Source of the DNA: Ignavibacteriales bacterium
GTDB lineage: Bacteria; Bacteroidota; Ignavibacteria; UBA10030; SZUA-254
Direction of reading: 5' to 3'
DNA: 64,000 nucleotides
NCBI GenBank assembly: GCA_016214905.1
Contig: JACRMQ010000007.1
Span: 328,965 to 392,964 of the forward strand
Position 1 is the stretch's first letter. Every line of letters begins with the position of its first letter. Positions 33,971 through 43,316 of the stretch are shown here, one piece after another. The notes below the pieces were generated by a model. It worked only from the letters and a program-made list of their open reading frames with translations. It did no database searches and was not told the origin of the DNA. Made by a program: the position numbers and the translations under genes.

Positions 33971-35062
33971 TTATTTTTTCTTCAACTTCAATTTTGCTTT
34001 CTGGTATCCCGGCTTGATGACGTCGTAGATGATTTCAATGCGTTTCTTGTACGGAATGAAAGAGCTTTTCATCGCGTTGATGGTGATTTTTTCCAGATCA
34101 TTCAATGTTAATTTAAATACATCATGTGCCAGTTTGTATTCTCTCGTCATCGATGTATCGCTCATAAGGCGGTTATCGGTATTCAATGTTACACGGAATT
34201 TATAACGGAAGTATGTTCGGAACGGATGCTCTTCCACGCTCTTCGCCGCGCCCGTATCAACGTTACTTGTTAAGCACATCTCCAACGGTATTCTTTTATC
34301 GAGCACATACTGGGCAAGATATCCCATGCTCACAACTTCAGTCGGATCGTCGTCAGAAATTTTCATGTCTTCTATCAACCTTGTCGCGTGACCGATGCGG
34401 TGGGCGCCGCACCATTGAATTGCCTGCCATATAGATTCTTTGCCGAAACCTTCGCCGGCATGAATTGTAATATTGAAATTCTCGCGCTGTATATAGTGGA
34501 ATGCATCAACATGTTTCTTCGGAGGAAATCCGCCCTCTTCACCGGCTAAATCGAACCCAACAACGCCGCGCTCACGAAAATCAACCGCGAGTTCAGCCAT
34601 CTCTTGAGAAATTTTCATATTGCGCATTGCGCATATAATCAAACCGAATTCTACGCCAAAATCTTTTTTACCTTTTTCCAAACCGCGCAGAACGGCTGCG
34701 ACAACTTCATCCCCGTGCAATCCTTTATTGGTGGAGAAAATTGGAGCGAAGCGAGTTTCAACATACACAACCCCGTCGTTGTGCATATCTTCCATCATTT
34801 CATAAGACACGCGTTCCAAAGCCTCGGGTGTTTGCATCATTGCAGTAGTATGCGCAAAACCTTCAAGGTATAAAGGAAGACTTCCGCGCTGAGCACCGCG
34901 GTGAAACCATTCCTTCAATTCACCGGGGTCGTTGGTTGGAAGTTTTTTATACTTGATCTCTTTAGCAAGCTCTATAATCGTTTCAGGTCTGAGTCCACCG
35001 TCGAGATGATCGTGAAGCAAAACTTTTGGAACAGAGTGGAGAAATTTTTCGGTAAGTTTCAT
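33971..35062 (-). CDS. add: Adenosine deaminase
   Basis: LLHDHLDGG is the zinc-binding HxHxDG motif, and ...SLNTDD-like motifs follow. Confidence 0.88.
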   Translation of the reverse strand: MKLTEKFLHSVPKVLLHDHLDGGLRPETIIELAKEIKYKKLPTNDPGELKEWFHRGAQRGSLPLYLEGFAHTTAMMQTPEALERVSYEMMEDMHNDGVVYVETRFAPIFSTNKGLHGDEVVAAVLRGLEKGKKDFGVEFGLIICAMRNMKISQEMAELAVDFRERGVVGFDLAGEEGGFPPKKHVDAFHYIQRENFNITIHAGEGFGKESIWQAIQWCGAHRIGHATRLIEDMKISDDDPTEVVSMGYLAQYVLDKRIPLEMCLTSNVDTGAAKSVEEHPFRTYFRYKFRVTLNTDNRLMSDTSMTREYKLAHDVFKLTLNDLEKITINAMKSSFIPYKKRIEIIYDVIKPGYQKAKLKLKKK

Positions 35063-35165
35063 ATCTGATTTTCTTTCAAAATTGTCGTATTTTCGGATTT
35101 TTCTTAAAAAATAGTGGAATTAATGTACAAAGGAAGAATATCAAATGCAACGAATCACCATCGTC

Positions 35166-35197
35166 TTGACTTTGAAGATGTTTTTATCTAATATAAT
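35166..35197 (+). promoter_or_regulatory. sigma70-like promoter candidate for the hybrid kinase gene
   Basis: TTGACT (35166-35171), a 17 nt spacer, then TAATAT/TATAAT (35189-35197). The resulting leader is very short. Confidence 0.35.
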
Positions 35198-35208
35198 GCC
35201 TGTATGAT

Positions 35209-36327
35209 ATGATGAAAATTGAAATGACACAGGCACCGAAAATATTGATTGTGGATGATGAAGATGCTTTCCGCATGCTGTTGGCGGCAACACTTGAGGA
35301 TGAAGGATTCGAAGTAGCGACCGCGCCCGATGGAGAGCGCGCTCTTGAATTTATCAATGAACAAACGTTTGATATGGCATTGCTTGACGTAAGAATGCCG
35401 GGTATAGATGGAATGGAAGTGTTAGAAAAAATCAAACAAAATTCGCCAACCACCGATTGCATCATGCTTACCGGTTTTCAAGATATCGAACTGGCGGTCA
35501 AAGCTATTAAAAACGGCGCGAAAGATTTTCTTGGAAAAACTCAAAGTGTTGACGAGCTTCTGATTCGCATCAACAACGTATTGCGCGCCCACAGGGCGGA
35601 GGCGCACATAACGGAAGTTCAACAAGATTACACTTCAAAGCTGATGCACGATTTGCTTTCTCCACTGCATTCACTTCAATCGGCAATAGACTTTTTGGAA
35701 GGGGGGCTCGGCGGCCCCGTTACCGATCTTCAGAAAAAAGTTTTATTGGAAATAAATTCCATGCTCGGAAATATGGATGCCTTGCTGAACGATATGATCG
35801 ATCTGACAATGTTCGAATCGGGGAGAATCGATCTGCAAAAAATTCCAACCAATATGGATGAGCTGGTTCCATCGGTATGTGCTCGTTTCAAGCCGCAGTT
35901 ATCGGTTAAAAATATCACCTTAAATATAAACATCGGGAAAAATATTTCAACTATCACCGTTGATCCGGCGAGGATCGAGCAGGTTACAAATAACATTCTC
36001 GACAATGCGGTTAAGTACACTCCCGAAGGTGGAAGCATTACAGTTTCAATTTCAACTATTATTGAAGAACATGATAGCAAACCTGTCGAGTTTATTGAAG
36101 TTTCAGTGACCGATACAGGAAATGGGATTCCTCCGGCACTATTACCTTTTGTTTTTGATAAATATAAAGAAGTGCTCACCGGTAAATCGTCGGAAAAGAA
36201 GACAACAGGATTGGGTCTGGCTATCTGCCGCAGTATTATTGAAGCTCACCACGGACAGATGACGGCGAAATCAGAGATCGGAAAAGGAAGCACCTTCAGC
36301 TATATTCTTCCTATCGATGTGGGGTGA
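35209..36327 (+). CDS. Hybrid response-regulator / histidine kinase (REC-HisKA-HATPase_c)
   Basis: An N-terminal REC domain (ILIVDDED...LLDVRMPGIDG) is followed by an H-box HDLLSPLHSL and then N, G1 and G2 boxes (GLGLAICRSII). Confidence 0.85.
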   Translation: MMKIEMTQAPKILIVDDEDAFRMLLAATLEDEGFEVATAPDGERALEFINEQTFDMALLDVRMPGIDGMEVLEKIKQNSPTTDCIMLTGFQDIELAVKAIKNGAKDFLGKTQSVDELLIRINNVLRAHRAEAHITEVQQDYTSKLMHDLLSPLHSLQSAIDFLEGGLGGPVTDLQKKVLLEINSMLGNMDALLNDMIDLTMFESGRIDLQKIPTNMDELVPSVCARFKPQLSVKNITLNINIGKNISTITVDPARIEQVTNNILDNAVKYTPEGGSITVSISTIIEEHDSKPVEFIEVSVTDTGNGIPPALLPFVFDKYKEVLTGKSSEKKTTGLGLAICRSIIEAHHGQMTAKSEIGKGSTFSYILPIDVG

Positions 36328-36336
36328 AGGTAATTT

Positions 36337-38682
36337 CTAAAAGATGTTAGCCACGCTCAGCGTGAAGTAAAACTGTTTTGGTTCCTTCATTCGATAAGTA
36401 AAATCGGCGCGAAGTATGTCGAAAATTTTACTTACTCCGATTCCCATCTCAGAATACCATCCGTTCGATGTCGTAGCATTCGCGAGCCAGGTTTGCGCAA
36501 ATGAACCGTGTAAAATGATCTCTATCCCGTTGCGATAAAAATACGGTATATCCATAGCGAGAAACGGTGTACTGCGGAAATTATGCTCGATATTAAATTT
36601 TAAGAAGCGATCTCCGCGGAATTCTTTTATACCGCTTCCCCTCAAAACACCGAATGGAGCGACACCGCTGGCGCGTGAATCGAGGACAAATAACCTTTGC
36701 TGAGGCAACGTTCCGTTACTGATACCGCCGCTAACCCGAAATTTCAAAGAAGGCGGAAAAAGTAAACTCTGTGCGTAAGTAGGTAAATTGAAATCAACGT
36801 CAACGCGATATCGTGTGAAATTAAAATCACTCTTCAATAATTTCGATGAAGAATGTTCAATTCTTAATTCGATAGCATCGCGCGGTACGAGATCGAGGGG
36901 AGCAGGTGAATCGCCGAACCGAAAATCGAATTGCAACGATCTGAAATTACCCTCAGCAATAGGCGGATTAAGTCGGAAAGATTTTTGAGATGAAAATAAG
37001 CCCCGCGTTACACTATTTATCATCGATGATTGTTTTTCATTTAAAAAACTTATTGTCCCGCTAAGTGTCCGCCGTGGTTCATATTCAATAAACGCATTCC
37101 ATCCTTTTGTCAGAAAATAATCACGGTAGTCGTTCTTATCTATCAGCGACATAAGTGTTATAGCGAACGAGCCAAAATATCCGTCGTCGGGGACATTGTC
37201 GAGTTTGTAATAGTACGAACCGCCTGCTTTTAATTTTCGGTCTTTCGATAAAAATATCGTAGTTCCAACTTCATATTTAAATCGTTTGTCTGAAAAACCA
37301 TAACCACCGGAACCATTTAGGGAGAGAAAATTCGTGACAGTATCCATTTCGTATCGTCCCCCGAAGAAAAATCCTTCAACCCGGTTGAATCGCACATCAA
37401 GGTAGTTCAATATTCCGCCCACACCATCATCCGATAATGCCATAAGCGGTCCGGAGGGTTTAAATTGTTTATCAAGAGTTTGAGTGCTGTCGAGCGATTT
37501 GTAAGCTTTTTGTTCATCCGCTGTTAACGGAAGAACTTCGTTTTGCGCCCAAAATGTCGAATCAAATTTTATCGATGACGAATCAACTGCAAGCCGAGGT
37601 TTTTTCAAAACGGTATCTGGTATTGTGATGTTTATTTTGTAATCGTAAATTGAAGATGTTGCTTCAATCCCGAATCTCGGCATGGTGATGCCAACAATGC
37701 TGACACTCAATCCGCCGCTGATCCGATTATCTATGGGCATCCAGAATAAACTGTCGAACAATCCGAATTGTTGTTTATAACGCAGGTCGATATCTTTCAC
37801 GAAAGGAAAAGTGAATGTCTCGTTCGGTTTCACATCTACACCCATTACCGCATAAGTTCCTTCGGCAATTGTAATAATCCCATCAAAGAGGGGACGAAGA
37901 CGGGACTTCGGTATCATTCTAATTTTATAAATCTCAAAACCGTTTACAACAGACGTGCCCATCAGTTTATAATCATAATAATCGAGTGCATCCGGTGCTG
38001 TTGGACCGACGAAAGTAAAAGAGGTTGACTTTCTATTTACACCGACGTTAAATAATTTAATCTCGTCATCGTTGAAGTTGATAATCCGGTGAACTGCGGC
38101 AAAGTTTTCCGTGCCGGGTATATTTTCGGTTTGCCTTTTCTGTTTTACCACTTCGCGAAGTGTATCGCCGATCAGCATATAACCTGTTGAGTACGATTCG
38201 GTGATGCTCGCGATCGCTGTGTCACGCCTGATAACCTGACGTGAGAATGCGTCGAATTTGTACGACTTAAGTTTATCCATCCACGATCGCTTATTTGCGA
38301 TAGCTTTCCTTATTATCTCGATTGCAGGATCTTCAGCAAGCACTAAAAATTCAGGCAATTGAATAGGCGATGGCTTTAGTTGTATATCTTTCACAACCGA
38401 TTCTGTTAAATTTATCGCTAAAGTTTCGGGTTGATAGGCGAGGTAGCTGAATACCAGGGTGTGTGTACCCGCTCCAATCGATAGACTGTATCTGCCCTGA
38501 ACGTTTGTGATTGTTCCTTTTGATGTTCCAAGCAGACGTATGTTCGCGGCAGCCAGATAATCGTTATTTGAAGCATCGGTTACAATTCCGCGAATAGTGT
38601 AAATATCCTGACTGGCCGATAATTGAATGAGTAATAAAATTGAAGACGAAATCAGTAAGGAACGCTTAAATCTTTTTTTCAT
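36337..38682 (-). CDS. CarboxypepD_reg-like plus DUF5686 domain outer-membrane protein
   Basis: A signal peptide is followed by a CarbopepD_reg domain (IRGIVTDASNNDYLAAANIRLLGTSKGTITNVQGRYSL) and then a large beta-rich region. It ends in the aromatic residues ANIF. Confidence 0.6.
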   Translation of the reverse strand: MKKRFKRSLLISSSILLLIQLSASQDIYTIRGIVTDASNNDYLAAANIRLLGTSKGTITNVQGRYSLSIGAGTHTLVFSYLAYQPETLAINLTESVVKDIQLKPSPIQLPEFLVLAEDPAIEIIRKAIANKRSWMDKLKSYKFDAFSRQVIRRDTAIASITESYSTGYMLIGDTLREVVKQKRQTENIPGTENFAAVHRIINFNDDEIKLFNVGVNRKSTSFTFVGPTAPDALDYYDYKLMGTSVVNGFEIYKIRMIPKSRLRPLFDGIITIAEGTYAVMGVDVKPNETFTFPFVKDIDLRYKQQFGLFDSLFWMPIDNRISGGLSVSIVGITMPRFGIEATSSIYDYKINITIPDTVLKKPRLAVDSSSIKFDSTFWAQNEVLPLTADEQKAYKSLDSTQTLDKQFKPSGPLMALSDDGVGGILNYLDVRFNRVEGFFFGGRYEMDTVTNFLSLNGSGGYGFSDKRFKYEVGTTIFLSKDRKLKAGGSYYYKLDNVPDDGYFGSFAITLMSLIDKNDYRDYFLTKGWNAFIEYEPRRTLSGTISFLNEKQSSMINSVTRGLFSSQKSFRLNPPIAEGNFRSLQFDFRFGDSPAPLDLVPRDAIELRIEHSSSKLLKSDFNFTRYRVDVDFNLPTYAQSLLFPPSLKFRVSGGISNGTLPQQRLFVLDSRASGVAPFGVLRGSGIKEFRGDRFLKFNIEHNFRSTPFLAMDIPYFYRNGIEIILHGSFAQTWLANATTSNGWYSEMGIGVSKIFDILRADFTYRMKEPKQFYFTLSVANIF

Positions 38683-38779
38683 CTAAATTGTTATATAATT
38701 GATGAAATATAATTATTGTTTGTTTATTGTTCGAAGATATATCGACATATGTTTCGTTGAGCAAAAAACATTTTTCGGA

Positions 38780-39415
38780 TCACTCAAATCGATAAGCAAT
38801 TTTCACAAAACCGGCAATAAGAAAAGGATTGAACGACTTTCCGTCCGAATTCAAAAACGGCTGTTCTTTCCACTGTGCGGTTCCTGCAGAGATGATCGCT
38901 TCAGCCGAAACAACGATGGATTCAATGATCGGGTATCCGACACCTCCGCCAATGCCCGCGCTGATACCGTTGAGATTGAGTTTCCCCAACTCTTTATGCT
39001 CAAGCGATCCGCTCGAATATGAAATTTGAATCAGTAAATACGACTCAACCAGTTGGCGTAATAAAAAGTATTTTCCCTCAACAGCAAGATTGAGAAATGT
39101 AAAATCCATAGATGATTTTGAAGTATTGCCTCCATTGACGATCCAAATATCGTCGATGGTTTTAAAATAGCCGTACATGTTTATGCCTATCGCCCATTGT
39201 TCTGAAAAATGCCGGAGATATCCAAGGTGAATACCGAGGTTTGTTCTACCCGCAACATCATATTGAAGATTGAACAAAGATTTTTCAAACGAGTGCACGG
39301 TCCCGATACCGAATGAAACTTCATTGGGAATAACCGTACATAAGCTATCATCTTGTGCGATACTGATTTGTGTTGCCAGAATGGACAGTATTAGAACAAC
39401 CAAAATATATTTCAT
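38780..39415 (-). CDS. Outer-membrane beta-barrel protein (porin family)
   Basis: Signal peptide, alternating amphipathic strands and a C-terminus YRFE-F. Confidence 0.55.
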   Translation of the reverse strand: MKYILVVLILSILATQISIAQDDSLCTVIPNEVSFGIGTVHSFEKSLFNLQYDVAGRTNLGIHLGYLRHFSEQWAIGINMYGYFKTIDDIWIVNGGNTSKSSMDFTFLNLAVEGKYFLLRQLVESYLLIQISYSSGSLEHKELGKLNLNGISAGIGGGVGYPIIESIVVSAEAIISAGTAQWKEQPFLNSDGKSFNPFLIAGFVKIAYRFE

Positions 39416-39553
39416 TAGAAGCTCCTTATGGCATTATAGTAAAAGGTTAAGATGTAAGAATGTACAAATCCGGCTGAAAGATATCAAATAAAAAACACCA
39501 TGATCTTCTCTGTTCAATCATTGGAAGGTATCGGAGGTTTGAATCGTAAAATA

Positions 39554-40870
39554 CTAATTAACTCGCCTCAAAACCGCAATAAAAAATCCATCAGTATTAT
39601 GAAGATGCGGCAACAACGAAACAAACGGAAGTTGAAATGAATATCCGCCTGAGCTAAAAATATTTTCGGATTTGTCAGGTTCGAATTCCGCATGCTTTAA
39701 CAAAAACGTATTCACAACATCTTCGTTCTCCCGTTTGAGTATGGAGCAAGTAACGTATACAAGTCTGCCGCCCGGTTTTACAAATTGAGAATTAAAAGTA
39801 AGAAGCTCCTGCTGTTTTTCAACATATCTTTGTATCACGGCTTCTGTCAAACTCCACTTCAATCCGGGATTACGTCTAATGGTTCCCGTGCCGCTGCACG
39901 GCGCATCTACGAGCACAATATTAGCTTTTGCAACTAATTCATTTGAGCGCAGATGTGAACGGGCAATCGTTCGGATATTCGTTATCCCTGCCCGCTTAGA
40001 TCGTGTCATCAGTTCGTGTAATCTCTCTGTGCCGGTATCGATCGAAAAAATATTCCCTTCATTATTCATTAAACCCGCCATGTGCAACGATTTACCACCC
40101 GCACCCGCGCATCCGTCAATAATTGTCATACCCGGTTTTGGAGCGATCATCTGAGAAACAAGTTGACTTCCTTCGTCCTGAATTTCAAACCAGCCGTCTA
40201 AGTACGAAGGATTGATTTTTGCGGTAAACCGCTTCAATGCGATTAGTCCGTCTGGCGAGATAATGGTTCGTACCGTTTCAATTCCCTCTTTCTTAAGGCG
40301 GGTCATGCAATCATCACGGTTTGTCTTAAAAGTATTGACACGCAGAATGGTTGGCGCGGGAATGTTCATTGATTGAAGCAGTTGTTCGGTTTCGCTGCCC
40401 CACTTATCGAACAAATCTTTCACTAACCATTCAGGAAACGAATAACGATTACTTAATTGTATTACCGGATCTTCCGGTAAAAAAGGAAGAGCTGAATTCG
40501 ATTTAATCCATTGAGTGAATTCATCAAGATCGACTTTTGGAAATTGAGTTTTCCAGAGGTGCGGTGCGATGAATGAATTGTTTTCAATTGCCATTGAATA
40601 TGCCACCACCTGCGATAAGTAGCGGACATGCGGTCCTTCCAGAGATATTGATGAAGGATGTTGATGAACATACTCCTTGATTAAAGTACGGATCAATTTC
40701 CGATGACGTATCATGCCGTAAACCATTTCAGCAATGTAACGCCGGTCGCGCGCACCTAAATATCTTTTCGCCCGGAAAAATTCCGCGGTAATTTTATCTG
40801 CCGGCTGAGACTCGGCATCAATTTTTTCGAGTAACTGTATAACATGTCCAACGAGCGAAGAGGCAATCAT
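39554..40870 (-). CDS. rsmB: 16S rRNA (cytosine-C5) methyltransferase RsmB (Sun/NOL1/NOP2 family)
   Basis: A NusB-like N-domain is followed by SAM motifs DGCAGAGGKS and DAPCSGTG, with PC and TC catalytic cysteines. Confidence 0.85.
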   Translation of the reverse strand: MIASSLVGHVIQLLEKIDAESQPADKITAEFFRAKRYLGARDRRYIAEMVYGMIRHRKLIRTLIKEYVHQHPSSISLEGPHVRYLSQVVAYSMAIENNSFIAPHLWKTQFPKVDLDEFTQWIKSNSALPFLPEDPVIQLSNRYSFPEWLVKDLFDKWGSETEQLLQSMNIPAPTILRVNTFKTNRDDCMTRLKKEGIETVRTIISPDGLIALKRFTAKINPSYLDGWFEIQDEGSQLVSQMIAPKPGMTIIDGCAGAGGKSLHMAGLMNNEGNIFSIDTGTERLHELMTRSKRAGITNIRTIARSHLRSNELVAKANIVLVDAPCSGTGTIRRNPGLKWSLTEAVIQRYVEKQQELLTFNSQFVKPGGRLVYVTCSILKRENEDVVNTFLLKHAEFEPDKSENIFSSGGYSFQLPFVSLLPHLHNTDGFFIAVLRRVN

Positions 40871-41775
40871 ACGGCAATGAATGGTTTGTTCATATCGGTG
40901 TTCATATAAGCTCTTGCCATTCTTGGTGTGTTAAAAGATATCCCGAAACCGCCGTTTTTATTCAACGCTATTACACCTCCGAAACCGTCGGCTTTGCGAT
41001 GAAGTATTTCTATTCCCTTTTCTGCAGCATCCTGAGCATCACCGCCGTTGATTTCCATCAGGTCGATTACGGTTTTAGCCATTACAACTTTGATCATCGC
41101 TTCGCCCCATCCTGTTGTAGATACACCGCCAACTTCGTTATCGGCATAAGTGCCGCAGCCGATGAGAGGAGAGTCACCCACGCGACCAGGATATTTGTTC
41201 GGTGTTCCACCCGTAGATGTTCCGGTGCAGATATTCCCGAATTGGTCGAGTGCAACAACACCAACCGTATCGGAAGATATTTTTAATTTTTGAAAAGTGT
41301 CTTTAGTCTTGAATTCTTTTTTGGTCCGTAGCGATTCCCATCGATCCCGCTCTCGTTTCGTTACAAGTTCTGCAGATTCACAAATAGCAATACCGTGTTC
41401 CTTAGCATATTGTTCAGCACCGTTTCCAACAAGAAGTATATGCTCGCTCTCATCCATAATCTTACGGGCGACTGTAATAGGATTTCTAATATGATGGACT
41501 GCCGCAACCGCACCGCATCGGATTGTTTTGCCGTCCATGATACTTGCATCAAGTTCTACCACTCCTAATTGGTTTAGATGTGAACCGTATCCCGCGTCGA
41601 ATGTTTCGTCATTCTCCATGGCTCTTACGGCTTGTTCAACAGCATCAATAGCGCTGCCGCCCGATGTAAGAATTCTCCATCCAACCTCAAGCGCCTGTTC
41701 AACACCTTTATGGTGCGATTCGACCGCGTTATCCGGAATATCCCACGCCCCGCCATGTACAATAATTGATATCAT
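40867..41775 (-). CDS. iaaA: Isoaspartyl peptidase / L-asparaginase (Ntn hydrolase)
   Basis: IVHGGAW is followed by the autoprocessing site GTVGVVALD. The start was set at the internal Met (MISIIVHGG). There is a 4-nt overlap with rsmB. Confidence 0.8.
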   Translation of the reverse strand: MISIIVHGGAWDIPDNAVESHHKGVEQALEVGWRILTSGGSAIDAVEQAVRAMENDETFDAGYGSHLNQLGVVELDASIMDGKTIRCGAVAAVHHIRNPITVARKIMDESEHILLVGNGAEQYAKEHGIAICESAELVTKRERDRWESLRTKKEFKTKDTFQKLKISSDTVGVVALDQFGNICTGTSTGGTPNKYPGRVGDSPLIGCGTYADNEVGGVSTTGWGEAMIKVVMAKTVIDLMEINGGDAQDAAEKGIEILHRKADGFGGVIALNKNGGFGISFNTPRMARAYMNTDMNKPFIAV

Positions 41776-41963
41776 AAATACAAATAGTTTATATAAACAT
41801 GAATGAAAGTACAAAAAATTGACAGCTTATGCAATGATGCAATGGATACTTTATGGCAGAAAAACCATTTTAACGGATGAATCTTTTGATAAATCAATGC
41901 ATCTGATTTATTGATGCAACTATAAAGAATATCGAACGCAATAATAGGTAAAATGGATTCAAT

Positions 41964-42308
41964 ATGAGTAAAAATATTTTAACAGCAACAGATGATAATT
42001 TTCAACTCGAAGTGCTTAAATCAGATATACCGGTTTTAGTCGATTTCTGGGCGCCTTGGTGCGGACCGTGCCGGATGATCGCTCCTGTAGTGGAAGAAAT
42101 ATCTGATGAGTATGCGGGTAAGTTAAAAGTTGCAAAGCTAAACACGGATGAAAATATGGATACCGCACTCAATTATAGCATCAGAAGTATTCCTACAATA
42201 GGAATTTTTGTCAATGGCAAAATGGTCGATTCCATAATAGGTGCTGTTCCAAAGAAAACGCTGAAAAGTAAAATCGATCAATACATATTGCAAGTCAGCA
42301 TAAATTGA
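41964..42308 (+). CDS. trxA: Thioredoxin
   Basis: The active site WCGPC is present and the length is 114 aa. Confidence 0.9.
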   Translation: MSKNILTATDDNFQLEVLKSDIPVLVDFWAPWCGPCRMIAPVVEEISDEYAGKLKVAKLNTDENMDTALNYSIRSIPTIGIFVNGKMVDSIIGAVPKKTLKSKIDQYILQVSIN

Positions 42309-42320
42309 TTTTCACCTTGC

Positions 42321-42575
42321 TTGATTATGATTGAAGAACTGGTTTCAGAAACGAATTACCTTAACTTATCTCATTCGAAGCAAGAAGAACTGATCGCGAA
42401 ATATTGTGCGGGAATAAAATATCGGATAAGCTCGGTAACCGCGAAGAGTGACGCGAATAAAATTGTTAACGATGTTTGTAAAGGATTGGAGAAAGAATGC
42501 AAAAGCGATGTCATACGTTCTTTCCTTCAACAGTATGTACGCGATATATACAAAAATCATTGGAACGAAAAATGA
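42321..42575 (+). CDS. Hypothetical 84-aa protein
   Basis: The ORF is translationally coupled (ATGA overlap) to the downstream DUF1858 gene. Confidence 0.4.
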   Translation: MIMIEELVSETNYLNLSHSKQEELIAKYCAGIKYRISSVTAKSDANKIVNDVCKGLEKECKSDVIRSFLQQYVRDIYKNHWNEK

Positions 42576-42790
42576 TTACAAAAGATATCTCTATCGAAGA
42601 TTTAGTCCGCAACAAGCCCGACTCGGTCCGTTACTTGATGGAAAACGGAATAAAATGCCTCGCTTGCGGTGAACCAATTTGGGGAACGCTTGAAAGCACC
42701 GCGAAAGAAAAAGGATTTTCCGATTCCGAGATTCAGCGATTTGTGGAAGAGATTAATTTGTTGAACAAGGTTGATACCGCTAAATTCTAA
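42572..42790 (+). CDS. DUF1858 redox-disulfide domain protein (hybrid-cluster-protein-associated family)
   Basis: MITKDISIEDLVRNKPDSVRYLMENGIKCLACG matches the DUF1858 pattern, including a CxxC. Confidence 0.6.
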   Translation: MITKDISIEDLVRNKPDSVRYLMENGIKCLACGEPIWGTLESTAKEKGFSDSEIQRFVEEINLLNKVDTAKF

Positions 42791-42822
42791 ACCTTAATTT
42801 CTAAATAATAAAACATTTTTTT

Positions 42823-42870
42823 GCGCCGAAGGCGCATCCGCCTCTGGCGGAAATTTTAACTTTTTAATTT
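42823..42870 (+). terminator. Tandem hairpin terminator after the trxA-DUF1858 operon
   Basis: gcgcc-gaa-ggcgc, then ccgcc-tctg-ggcgg, followed by an A/T-rich T-run. Confidence 0.55.
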
Positions 42871-42882
42871 TGGATTGATATT

Positions 42883-43119
42883 ATGCCAGTATACGATTAC
42901 AGATGCACAGATTGCAACAAGACATACGATGTCTATCATAAAACTCAGGAAGTGAAAGATGATATTGTCTGCCCGTCATGCGGATCATCGAATCATAAGA
43001 AATTGATGTCGGTTACTCAGATGTCGATGGGTTCTGATTCCGGTTCAAGTTGTTCAGACGGATCATGCGGACCATACACCGGCGGAGGTTGTGCCGGTGG
43101 TATGTGCGGATTGAACTGA
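42883..43119 (+). CDS. FmdB-family zinc-ribbon protein with a Gly/Cys-rich tail
   Basis: MPVYDYRCTDCNKTYDV...CPSCGS gives two CxxC pairs. The C-terminus reads SCSDGSCGPYTGGGCAGGMCG. Confidence 0.65.
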   Translation: MPVYDYRCTDCNKTYDVYHKTQEVKDDIVCPSCGSSNHKKLMSVTQMSMGSDSGSSCSDGSCGPYTGGGCAGGMCGLN

Positions 43120-43165
43120 TTCAATCATCCCGACTTTAATCCTCAATAATAAAATCCCGCAATTA

Positions 43166-43213
43166 ATCCCCGCAAGTTCGGAATTTCCCGAATCGGTGGG
43201 GATTTTTATTTTC
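43166..43213 (+). terminator. Rho-independent terminator after the FmdB-like gene
   Basis: An 8 bp stem atccccgc/gtggggat is followed by TTTTTATTTT. Confidence 0.6.
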
Positions 43214-43316
43214 ATAAAATGATGAAATTAAGAAACACTCAAACTTGAAACTTGCCTTTAAAATTGTTAAACTAAACAAGATGGTTTAGAAATCTCAATT
43301 TTAGTGACAGGTATTT

